This document shows positions 41,569 to 56,185 of a stretch of DNA of 64,000 nucleotides, in pieces. Every line of letters starts with the position of its first letter. The first letter of the stretch is position 1. A program made the position numbers and the translations under genes. This stretch comes from the human T2T-CHM13v2.0 reference genome, Homo sapiens. The DNA lies in NCBI RefSeq assembly GCF_009914755.1, contig NC_060927.1; one strand, written 5' to 3'. The notes under the pieces are model-generated. The model was given only the letters and a program-made list of their open reading frames with translations. It was not told the DNA's origin and made no database searches.

Positions 41569-42044
41569 CAAAAGTTCTTAACCATTTCTGTGCGTGGACG
41601 CCTTTGGCCGTTGGGAAGCGCACGTGGATCCTTTCTCAGAATATGCTTTTACATACATAGAATAAAATACATAGAATTACAAAGAAATTCAGTTATACTG
41701 AAATGGAGTTATCAAAATTTTTAAAGACCACTTTATGATATAATAATATACCAGCTTTTTCTTGATGCATGAAATAAGAAGATCTACAGACATTTTGAGT
41801 ACTGTTAAGCATAAACAATATTTCAAGGTGTCTACAACTATAATATAGTGTGTAATATCTCAGATTTCTATCGACGGTAGAGTCACAGGTCTTTCTAATA
41901 CTTTTGTGGTTTGATGCCTACATTTTATAATGGAAGGAAATGCTAAATTTCAGTTAGAGGTTAATAAAAATAAAGAAGGAAAATTCTTTTCCTCTATCTA
42001 AATCCACAGATGCCCTGAATTCTCTTCGAGGTTAAGAACTTCTG
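41569..42044 (+). mobile_element. Charlie4a-like hAT element
   Basis: TIRs caaaagttcttaacc ... ggttaagaacttctg; internal ataatggaaggaaatgctaaatttcagttagagg. Confidence 0.8.
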
Positions 42045-42563
42045 GTTTAAGATATGCTTTTGGTTGACAGTAGTAAAACAAGCCAAAAGAAGTTGACCAT
42101 TTATGTGATGTGCAGTAATAAATTAGCAATTCAGAGTTGAGGAGCTCATTACTAATCTGTGGATAGTCCTAATCCCAGCCCTTTTCTTTCTGAGCTTTGC
42201 CTTTTGTAAATCTCAGTGCTTCACACACATCAGACAAAGATATTTTGTGAGTGGCTCTAAAAATGGGGGCAAAACATGACCCTGAGGAGGCCTGGGGCTG
42301 ATCTGAGCCTTAAGACTTATTTGTGGAGACCTTGTGCTGTTCTTTTTTTTTTTTTTTAATTATACTTTAAGTTTTAGGGTACATGTGCACAACGTGCAGG
42401 TTTGTTACATATGTATTCATGTGCCATGTTGGTGTGCTGCACCCATTAACTCGTCATTTATCATTAAGTATATCTCCTAATGCTATCCCTCCCCCAGCCC
42501 CCCACCCCACAACAGTCCCCAGTATGTGATGTTCCCCTTCCTGTGTCCATGTGTTCTCATTGT

Positions 42564-46386
<3,823 letters not shown>

Positions 46387-46449
46387 TATGATGTTAGCTG
46401 GTTATTTTGCTCATTAGTTGATGCAGTTTCTTCCTAGCCTTGATGGTCT

Positions 46450-47465
46450 TTACAATTTGGCATGTTTTTGCAGTGGCTGGTAATGGTTGTTCCTTTCCAT
46501 GTTTAGTGCTTCCTTCAGGAGCTCTTTTAGGGCAGGCCTGGTGGTGACAAAATCTCTCAGCATTTGCTTGTCTGTAAAGGATTTTATTTCTCCTTCACTT
46601 ATGAAGCTTAGTTTGGCTGGATATGAAATTCTGGGTTGCAAATTCTTTTCTTTAAGAATGTTGAATATTGGCCCCCACTCCCATCTGGCTTGTAGGGTTT
46701 CTGCTGAGAGATCCACTGTTAGTCTGATGGGCTTCCCTTTGTGGGTAACCCGACCTTTCTCTCTGGCTGCCCTTAACATTTTTTCCTTCATTTCAGCTTT
46801 GGTGAATCTGACAATTATGTGTCTTAGAGTTGCTCTTCTCGAGGAGTATCTTTGTGGCATTCTCTGTATTTCCTGAATTTGAATGTTGGCCTGCCTTGCT
46901 AGACTGGGGAAGTTCTCCTGGATAATATCCTGCAGAGTGTTTTCCAACTTGGTTCCATTTTCCCCGTCACTTTCAGGTACACCAATCAGACGTAGATTTG
47001 GTCTTTTCACATAGTCCCATATTTCTTGGAGGCTTTGTTCGTTTCTTTTTATTCTTTTTTCTCTAAACTTCTCTTCTTGCTTCATTTCATTCATTTGATC
47101 TTCCTTCACTGATATCCTTTCTTCTAGTTGATCGAATTGGCTACTGAGGCTTGGGCATTCGTCACGTAGTTCTCGTGCCATGGTTTTCAGCTCCATCAGG
47201 TCTTTTAAGGACTTCTCTGCATTGGTTATTCTAGTTAGCCATTCATCTAATTTTTTTCAAGGTTTTTAACTTCTTTGCCATGGGTTCAAACTTCCTCCTT
47301 TAGCTCAGAGTAGTTTGATCGTCTGAAGCCTTCTTCTCTGAACTCATCAAAGTCATTCTCCATCCAGCTTTGTTCCGTTGCTGGTGAGGAGCTGCGTTCC
47401 TTTGGAGGAGGAGAGGCACTCTCATTTTTAGAGTTTCCAGTTTTTCTGCTCTGTTTTTTCCCCAT
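46450..47465 (-). pseudogene. Disrupted L1 ORF1
   Basis: ATG GGG AAA AAA CAG at 47465; TGA at codon 60; 1016-nt span is not divisible by 3; C-terminal 248 aa open (...YPAKLSF...QKHAKL). Confidence 0.93.
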
Positions 47466-47879
47466 CTTTGTGGTTTTATGTACCTTTGGTCTTTGATGAT
47501 GGTGATGTACAGATGGGGTTTTGGTGTGGATGTGCTTTCTGTTTGTTAGGTTTCCTTCTAACAGTCAGGACCCTCAGCTGCAGGTCTGTTGGAGTTTGCC
47601 AGAGGTCCACTCCAGACCCTGTTTGCCTGGGTATCAGCAGCGGAGGCTGCAGAACAGTGGATATTGGTGAACAGCAAATGTAGCTGCCTGATCATTCCTC
47701 TGGAAGTTTTGTCTCAGAGGAGTACCTGGCCGTGTGAGGTGTCAGTCTGCCCCTACTCGGGGATGCCTCCCAGTTAGGCTACTCGGGGGCCAGGGACCCA
47801 CTTGAGGAGGCAGTCTGTCCATTCTCAGATCTCAAGCTGCCTGCTGGGAGAACCACTACTCTCTTCAAAGCTGTCAGAC

Positions 47880-48090
47880 AGGGACATTTAAGTCTGCAGA
47901 GGTTTCTGCTGCCTTTTGTTTGGCTATCCCCTACCCCCAGAGGTGGAGTCTACAGAGGCAGGCAGACCTCCTTGAGCTCCAGTAGGCTCCACTCAGTTCG
48001 AGCTTCTCAGCCACTTTGTTAACCTACTCAAGCCTTGGCGATGGTGGGCGCCCCTCCCCCAGCCTTGCTGCTGCCTTGCAGTTTGATCTC
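47880..48090 (+). promoter_or_regulatory. L1 antisense promoter region, directed toward the ITGA9 exon
   Basis: Corresponds to about nt 400-600 of the L1 5'UTR, where the ASP is established; activity of this copy unknown. Confidence 0.5.
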
Positions 48091-48304
48091 AGACTGCTGT
48101 GCTAGCAATGAGCAAGGCTCCGTGGGCGTAGGACTCTCTGAGCTAGGCACGGGATATAATCTCCTCGTGTGCTGTTTGCTAAGACTGTTGGAAAAGCGCA
48201 GTATTAGGGTAGGAGTGACCCGATTTTCCAGGTGCCATCTGTCACCCCTTTCTTTGACTAGGAAAGGGAATGCCCTGACCCCTTGTGCTTCCCAGGTGAG
48301 GTGA
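48041..48304 (+). CDS. L1 ORF0 homologue, open, 87 aa (extended)
   Basis: gcgATGG Kozak; MVGAPPPALLLPCSLISDCCASNEQGSVGVGLSELGTGYNLLVCCLLRLLEKRSIRVGVTRFSRCHLSPLSLTRKGNALTPCASQVR* resembles L1HS ORF0 (MAGAPPPASLPPCSLISDCCAS...); translation not demonstrated. Confidence 0.6.
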   Translation: MVGAPPPALLLPCSLISDCCASNEQGSVGVGLSELGTGYNLLVCCLLRLLEKRSIRVGVTRFSRCHLSPLSLTRKGNALTPCASQVR

Positions 48305-48968
48305 TGCCTCGCCCTGCTTCGGCTCACGCTTGGTGTGCTGCACCCACTGTCCTGCACCCACTGTCTGACACTCCCCAGTGAGGTGAACCCAGTACCTCAG
48401 TTGGAAATGCAGAAATCGCCCGTCTTCTGTGTCACTCATGCTGGGAGCAGTAGACTGGAGCTGTTCCTATTTGGCCGTCTTCGCTGTTATTTTTAAGAAT
48501 AAATTTTAAAAGGACAAAGTAAAACTCCAAGTTGAACTTAATGGCAAGGAAGTGTCAAAATGAGACTCTGCATGTAACTCCCCATGCCTCTCCACTACTG
48601 ATATGGATCTGCCTGGTCCACATCATCCTGGAGTGCTAGGGTGACCCTAGCACTGTATCCAGCTCTTCTCACCTCTTTAGGAATTTTAAGCCCACAAATT
48701 AAGTATGGAATTTATTACATGGTATCTTGCATTTCAGAAGCAGAATCTGAGATGGGGATTTTTGCCAGAGATTTATTGGGGGAGTGCTCTCAGAAGTGAG
48801 GAAAACAGAAAGGGACAGAGAAAAAAATGTTGAGTAAGGATGTGGTCTCAGGAAAAGTCTAGCCTCAGCCTGATCCCGTGCAGAAGCTCTGGAGCAGAGC
48901 TTATCCCACCCAGCAGCAAGGGGGATGGGGTGTTATCCTGCTGCATCTGCCAGCTAGGGAATGGGGCA

Positions 48969-49589
48969 GGTATTAGTTTTCTAGGCCACTTCAAAAATTA
49001 CAAATTTAGCAGCTTAAAACAGCATAAAGTTACTATCTCACAGTTTTTGTCAGTTAGGAGTCTGAGCATGGCCTGCTTAGCGTTTCACAAGGCCGTACTC
49101 AAGGTGCCAGCCAGATCTTTTATGCGGCTTGGGGTCTTGCTCCAGGCTCTCATGGCCGTTGCTGGAATTCACTCCTGCAGCTGTGGAGCCCAGGGTGACT
49201 TGCTTCTTCAAGACTAGCAGAAGACTCTTTTTGCTGCTTCTAGTCTCTTAGCTCAGCCTTCCAGTCTCTTAGCTCAGCCTTCCAGTCTCTTAGCTCACTG
49301 CTCTCCAAGGATTCTTGACACTTGCACTCCAACCCACTCTGGGTCAGAAGCTATTCCTCCCTGTGAAAGGGGTCACTTGAGTAGGCCAATTCACGCCATC
49401 CTTTCTGATTCACTCAATTGAGCTGATTCAGAACTTTAATTACATCTGCAAACTCCCCTCACCTTTGCCATTTAATGTAACATCACAGGAGTGAGAACCA
49501 TCATATGTCCAGTCCTTCCTACCCTCAAAGGGAGAAGATTATACAGGGGCATGGGTCACTGGCATCATTTTAGGATTCTGCCTGTCACA
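48969..49589 (-). mobile_element. MaLR LTR (MLT1D/E-like)
   Basis: gtattagttttctagg...aatttagcagcttaaaacagca...tttaattacatctgcaaa...ggattctgcctgtcaca; TSD gggca/gggcg. Confidence 0.82.
49237..49297. repeat. 21-bp tandem repeat, about 2.9 copies
   Basis: cttc(t/c)agtctcttagctcagc repeated. Confidence 0.95.
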
Positions 49590-50358
49590 GGGCGTCACTT
49601 GCAGGCTTCGCTGGAGGAGATGGCTCCTGTCACCCAAGGGCAGTTCTCCTGAGAAAGTTGTGGGCATAAGCAATGCATGTAGCGGCTAGGGCACTGAGGT
49701 CCCGTGACCTGGTTCCAGCCTGCTCTCCTTCCCTGTCCATAGTCCCTCCCTGCCCCTCCCCCGTGATCTTGCCCCACAGACCTTTCTCAGGTGGCGGTGG
49801 TGATGGTGTTGTAGGGGCAACTGGCTTTTTTAGAGTGTCAGGAGCTCTCCAAGGTGCTTGACATCCATTTCTCTAATCTTCACAACAAGCATGCAAGGTT
49901 GATTCTGTCATCCCATTTTACATCTGAGAAAACAAGCTCAGAGAGAGTAAGTAAAGTGGCCAAGGTTGCAGTTTGCAAGAAATGGAGCTTGGACCCCCTC
50001 TGACCTTGAACTGGCTGACATCAAAGTTGTCGCTTTGCCTGGTCCTGTCACCTCTCTTCCTCAGATGTCTAGTGTTTATTAGACCTCCATAGTATCTTCA
50101 CCAACTGAGAAGGTGCCCCATCAGCCTGAGGAACTCCCAGGGTCACCCCTCTACAAGGATTCTTGACACTTGCACTTCTACCCACTCTGGGTCAGAAGCT
50201 ATTCTTCCCTCATTGGATTGCCACCATTCTTGTAAGGGCACCTTCTCTGCACCACAGTTTTTTGCTCACACTCCTCCTATTTTTCTCTTCTCAGCTTCCC
50301 TATGCCTCATGATGCCAGGCATAAGGCACACAGCAACCAAGTGTTGGCAGAAGGCAAA

Positions 50359-50720
50359 TTATATGGTTTGGCTGTGTCCCCACCCAAATCTCATCTTGAA
50401 TTTTAGCTCTTATAATTCCCACATGCTGTGGGAGGGACCTGGTGGGAGATAATTGAATCATGGGGGTGATTTTCCCCATACTGTTCTTATGGTAGTGAAT
50501 AAGTCTCATGAGTTCTGATGCTTTTATAAGGGGAAACTCCTTTCACTTGGCTCTCATTCTCTCTTGTCTGCTGCCATGTAAGATGTGCCTTTTGCCTTCC
50601 ACCATGGTTGTGAGGCCTCCCCAGCCATATGGAACTGTGAGTCCATTAAACCTCTTTTACTTTATAAATTACCCAGTTTTGGGTATGTCTTTATCAGCAG
50701 CATGAGAACAGACTAATACA
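50359..50720 (+). mobile_element. THE1 (THE1C-like) MaLR solo LTR, sense to ITGA9
   Basis: atatggtttggctgtgtccccacccaaatctcatcttgaa...ggaactgtgagtccattaaacctc...gactaataca. Confidence 0.93.
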
Positions 50721-51520
50721 CCAATTGAGGTTCCTCCAGAGAATTAACAAAATGTCCAGGCACTCTTTCGTTGTTCCCCCATACCCACAGACCTGCCATC
50801 CCTGGCCCTGCCTGGATGCCGGTACCTGGCCACTGCTGCTATATTCCATGCTTTTGGACAAGAGCATGTTCAGTATTGTCCAGGAGACCCAGGGAGCTCA
50901 AGACAGAGCTGAGATCCAGTTCCTACAGCCACAGTTAACACCCCAGCCCCCGACACACACACAGACTTTTCAATGCAAAATCAAACCATTCCCAAATATC
51001 CAGCTACATATTGTTTTACCTTTGAAGAGAAAAAAGCATCAGTGGGGTTATGTGATTTTCATAGATGAACAATTTTTGCAAATATGTTAATTGAAGAGTA
51101 ATTGGTGCTTTCTTGACCCTCCTGAGCACTGATGCTTGCCAAAGGGTTATACATTTCAGACTAATGATGATATCCATTACTATATGTGCAATTGCTTATA
51201 AACTAATATATAGTCATATTAAAATCTCTAATCTGATTGAGAAATTTTCAGAAACAAGGTACACTGATTTTCTCACCACTTATTTCCTGCTCTCATGACA
51301 GAATTTCTGGAGTTCTTTGAATTCACCTGGTTTTTGGAGCTCTGTCAAGTCAATATTTATAACTGAACTAGTTCAAACAGTTCAAGCATTGTCTCTTCCT
51401 TTCTGGTTGAAGTTCTGTCTTAGAAGACTGTTGTAGTCAGCTGTGCTTGTCATAAAGTTTTGTTTAAAATTATTTTAGAATTTTCTTCTTTGGCTTTAAT
51501 TTAAATTTTTGTTTGTTTAC

Positions 51521-51772
51521 TTTTTTTTTTTTTTTTCCCCGGCTCACTGCAAGCTCCACCTCCCAGGTTCACACCATTCTCCTGCCTCAGCCTCCCAAGC
51601 AGCTGGGACTACAGGCGCCCGCCACCAGGCCTGGCTAATTTTTTTGTATTTTTTAGTAGAGACAGGGTTTCACCGTGTTAGCCAGGATGGTCTCGATCTT
51701 CTGACCTCATGATCCACCTGCCTCGGCCTCCCAAAGTGCTGGGATTAGAGGTGTGAGCCACCGTGCCCAGCC
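51521..51772 (-). mobile_element. AluY lacking about 47 nt next to its tail
   Basis: AluY diagnostics gcaagctcc, gttcacaccatt, gttagccaggatggtctcgatc; 13-bp TSD ttgtttacttttt. Confidence 0.92.
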
Positions 51773-51944
51773 TTGTTTACTTTTTAATTTATAGGATTGT
51801 AAATGAAACTATACTTGGCCTCAGTTTATTCTCTGGGAAATAGGTTCTTGCTACAGGTACAGTTTATAATAAGGATTTATTTCATAATAGGGAGCTTTTT
51901 ATAGATTTTAATATCATAGTTGCCATTTAAAAAATTGTATTAAA

Positions 51945-52230
<286 letters not shown>

Positions 52231-52379
52231 TTAAAAATGGTAATGATCACCATTTATTGCTTGCCTACAGTATGTCAGTCATTATACAAGGTATATTTTA
52301 TAATTATAAATATTATTTATTATCTGATTACAAATATGTTATACCTTGCACTGTGTCCTGTATGTCTGTTATGTTTATT

Positions 52380-53170
52380 TCTGAATTTTCCTTCCTTTTT
52401 CCTCTCCATGCTTTGATCTGGATATTTCCTATTGAGAGAATACACTGAGGCCCAGTGTGATTTCATTCACAATCCTATAAATTAAAAAGCAAACAACTTC
52501 TGGGTCACTGGTCGTCTTTTCTGCTGTGTTCAATCTCCAGTAAAATATGTCAGCACCTTAACCACTGTCCTCTGCCTGGTTTCTTAGTCTCACAGCCCCG
52601 TGCTGCTGTAGAATTGGCAGATGCCTTGAGGACAATTGTGGCGTACAGTAAACATACCTCAATATACTTATTTCTGTTTGGGATTTTCGCCCCTCAAGTC
52701 CTCATTGCGTTATTAGCCCTGAGCTCTTAAGTTTTGTCTTCACAGAGTCATAAGACTTCCAGAAATTCAGCTTAGAAACTCAAGAACTTAGCTTTTTAGC
52801 CACTGCTTCACTTTCAGTTTCATAGCCTCTCATCCCACACTGCTTACAAATCTGGAAACACCTCAAGGGAAAAGTGCCCATAAATGTTGGGGTTACCTCC
52901 ACATTCTTTCCTTCTCTTTGGGACCCTATACTCTGAAGTCCTGGCTGTCTTGATAGTTAGTTCCCTGATAACTTTATATATTTTTAATTTTTTTAAATGA
53001 ACCTGGCATTTCAAACATAAGTTCCATGATAATTTTAAACAGGGGTGTGTGTGTGTATGTGTGTGTGTGTGTGTCTGTGTGTGTGTGTGTGTGTGTGTCC
53101 AGCTTTTCGAGTTGTCCGTGGGAGGACGGTTTCAGTAAGTTACTCTATCATTACTGGAAATGCAAAATCC
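52380..53170 (-). mobile_element. Old L1M 5'-end fragment
   Basis: Monomer-like gaattggcagatgccttgagg / aaatctggaaacacctcaagggaaaagtg; ends with ctctatcattactggaaatg. Confidence 0.5.
53045..53098. repeat. Interrupted (GT)n microsatellite
   Basis: About 27 GT units with two interruptions. Confidence 0.95.
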
Positions 53171-53719
53171 TGTTTTCTTTTAAAAGAGTCTTCAAGCTGA
53201 TGAAAATTTTAAAGTAGCTTATAACATTTTAACTGTGATCTTATTTATTATGAGTATAGAGATAAAGGAAAAGGCATCCCACTTCTGAAGATTTCTCGTT
53301 TCTAGGAGTGTCTACAAGATTATCATAGGTGAAAGTAGGGTTGGATGCAGAGAAATAGTAAGAAAGGATGGAGGATGGAGGGGATAAAAAGATCACATGT
53401 TTGGTGAATCCTCTTTTAAAAACACTTAGAAGATTTTCCCTAAACTAATTATCTGGCTTAATGCTAACTGCTTATTTGCTGACCTTCTGCTTTATTTACA
53501 AATTTAAAGTGGGGCCAACCCTTCCTGTTTTCCTTTAATTTACCCCGGCAGCTGCTGGTTAGCTAAGGAAGAAAAAAAACCCTTTTTTTTTTTTTTTTTT
53601 TTTTAATGGAGACAAGCAGCAATTAGGTAGGCTTCTAGGTCAGGTGGCCAGTTAGGGGTGCCAGGGTTCCCAGGTCCAGCTTTCTTCGGGTCATAGAGTG
53701 AGGGTGGGAATCAAGTCAC

Positions 53720-54770
53720 TCAGATATTTCTCCCGAATTGAAATGCGTGTCTTCCTTTGGCTGGGCAGATGAGGTCCCCTCTTCTCCATCTCTGCTGCTG
53801 GGTCCTGGTGCAAGCCCTTACTCTCTTTCCACTAAACCCATGTGGCAGCCTCCTCCTTAGCCTGTTTCTCCCCAGTCCTGCACCCATCAGTCCACTGCCA
53901 CACGGCAGCTACAGGGACCTTTCTAGAACACAGCCTCCTGCTGCCTCCATGTTGGCCTCCCTGCCCCTGTCAGAGGGATTTTTATTTATTTTATTTATTT
54001 ATTTTTGAGACAGAGTCTTGCTCTGTCACCCAGGCTGGAGTGCAGTAGTGTGATTGCAGCTCACTGCACCTCCGCCTCCTGGGTTCAAGCAATTCTCCTG
54101 CCTCAGCCTCCTGAGTAGCTGGGATTATAGGCGTGCTCCACCACGCCCGGCTAATTTTTGTATTTTTAGTAGAGATGGGGTTTCACCACGTTGGCCAGGC
54201 TGGTCTCAAACTTCTGACCTCAGGTCATCCGCCTTCCTCAGCCTCTTAAGGTGCTGGGATTACAGACGTGAGCCACCATGCCCAGCCAAGAGGGACTTTT
54301 CTATAACAGCCTCTAGGATCATGCTACCCCCTTCCCAGCTCTCCCTAGCTTTTAAGATCACATAACCTGCAAAGTGCCCTGAGATCTGGTTCTGCATGAA
54401 TCTTCTCTACCCTATTGCTGCCTATCAACTTGACTTCCCACCTTTGGGAGTCAGATGCAGTCCGCTGGACAGCCCATGCCCTCTCCATGTGGCTATACCA
54501 CCCCTGCCTTGCCCCTGCTCTCTGCCTGATGTCCTACTGTCTTTTGACTGTGCCCAGGGGCATTTCCTCTGGGAAGCCTGCCAGCCCTCAGTCTGAACCT
54601 TTGGGTCCCCAAAGCCTCCCCTGTCCTGGTATGTGTTGCACTGCGTTGTCATCTCTTGTCTGTTTCCCCTGAGACTCATTATTCCCTGAAGGTCTTTCAT
54701 CTCTGTTTCCCTGTGGCCCAGCACATTGCCTGGCATAAAGTAAGCACCCAATAAATTTCAGATGGAGCAT
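53720..54770 (+). mobile_element. L2 LINE 3' region interrupted by an Alu
   Basis: tccactgccacacggcagc...catttcctctgggaagcct...cagcacattgcctggcataaagtaagcacccaataaat. Confidence 0.72.
53979..54287 (-). mobile_element. AluSx-like
   Basis: Full dimer with (TTTA)n tail; TSD agagggattttt/agagggactttt. Confidence 0.93.
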
Positions 54771-55649
54771 ATGTTAAGTTCCCTATAAAACCTCAGCTGC
54801 TGCAAATTCTGCCACCAGCCTGGGTGTTCTCCTCTGTGGGGACTCCTTCAGTTTTCAGAGACAGGAGACTCCCATAGATTTTTAGCAGGAAAAGGTAGAT
54901 TCTTGCCTTTTAGTCTGTCAGAATGACACTTTATTAGATGCTTTAGAACTGCAGAAGCTTCAATTTTAGAATTTTCAGTTTGTAGCGTTATTTTTTTTAA
55001 GCAGTAAAATTTCAGCGACTATGGTCTGTGCCAGAGCCCTAAGCCTCTTTCTCCATCCTAAGGAGTTTCTCTGCTTAATTGCAGTGCTGAGCTCAGGGAA
55101 GCTGCATATCCAAAAATGAAAAGGAAACCGCTAAATTGTGCTGCTACTTTTCCTTTGCAGCTCAGATAAAACAGGCCCAGTGTGGGAAGAAGGGGCTGTC
55201 CTTTTGGGGGTGTTGGCCTGTTTCTAATTGCTGCACCCTCCTCTGCCTCCACCCATGCCTCAGTGTGGTTTGGGTCCCTTCTGCCCAGAGCTACTGGGAC
55301 ATGTAATAAGAAGCTGCTTTTCAGACTTCTTAATTAAAATAGGTTCCGGCAGCCATTGCCAGGAAGCAGCATTCGCACCCCTACATGTCCAAATGCATTA
55401 CTCATCCAAAATAAGATATGCCACGACTCAGGTTTCCCTCCTTAGCCACCATGGCTTGAATGGCTGCATTTAGAAACAGCCCTTACTTCAAGCCCCTATT
55501 TCTTAATTATTTGTCACTTATTCGCATTCATCCTTGTGTGTGAAACATTTTTCCCCTCACCCTATATGCTGTTATGTAAACAAGTAATTTTTTAGGATGA
55601 TGTCAGAACCTGATGTAGTTGGGGTGGTTTTAAAATAGTATTTTATGGA

Positions 55650-56185
55650 CAGCAAGAAAAGTAGTTTTGCTTCTGGTTTCACTTGCTAGCTTTGGGATGG
55701 AGGGACATTTATTTGAGCTTCTGCACCTCTGTGATCTTGTCTATAAAACGGGGGGCAATGGCTGGTGCTGTGGCTCACACTTTTAATCCCAGCACTTTGG
55801 GAAGATGAGGCAGAAGAATCACTTGAGGCCAGGAGTTCAAGACCACCTTGGGCAACATAGTGAGACCCCATCTCTACAAAATAAAAAATAAATAAAAGAA
55901 ATAAAAGAATGAAAGTTAGCTAGGCATGGTAGTATCCAACTGTAGTCCCAGCTACTCAGGAGGCTGAGGCAGGAAGATTGCTTGAGCTTAAGAGTTCAAG
56001 GCTGCAGTGAGCTATGATTGTCCCACTTCTGGGAAACAGAGCAAGACTCTGTCTCAAAAAAAAAGTGGAAGGTGGGGGTCAATAATCTGCCAGCTCAGGT
56101 ATTGTAAGGATTAAGAAAGACAGTGTCTGTGAAGAGCTTGGCCCAGTCTCTGGAACACATTTGGTAGCCAGGAAATAGTAAATGA
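55650..56185 (+). mobile_element. MIR SINE interrupted by AluJ
   Basis: tctataaaacgggggcaat[Alu]aataatctgcc...attgtaaggattaaga. Confidence 0.7.
55760..56064 (+). mobile_element. AluJ
   Basis: cacttgaggccaggagttcaagacc...ggctgcagtgagctatgatt; expanded A-rich linker. Confidence 0.92.

Larger units (their letters stand above)
48729..49700 (-). mobile_element. LTR16-family ERVL LTR split by an MLT1 insertion
   Basis: cagaagcagaatctgagatgggga...atgtggtctcagg...gctctggagc; resumes with ccaagggcagttctcctgaga. Confidence 0.65.

Noticed and set aside
48229-48237. ORF0 donor CAG|GTGCCA as the fusion site
   Set aside because: Phase 2, out of frame with the phase-0 ITGA9 exon, and a weak consensus; the more upstream ORF0 donor position reads GC here
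53572-53604. A8-CCC-T22 as a terminator or retrocopy tail
   Set aside because: No element body or TSD identified; treated as low-complexity sequence
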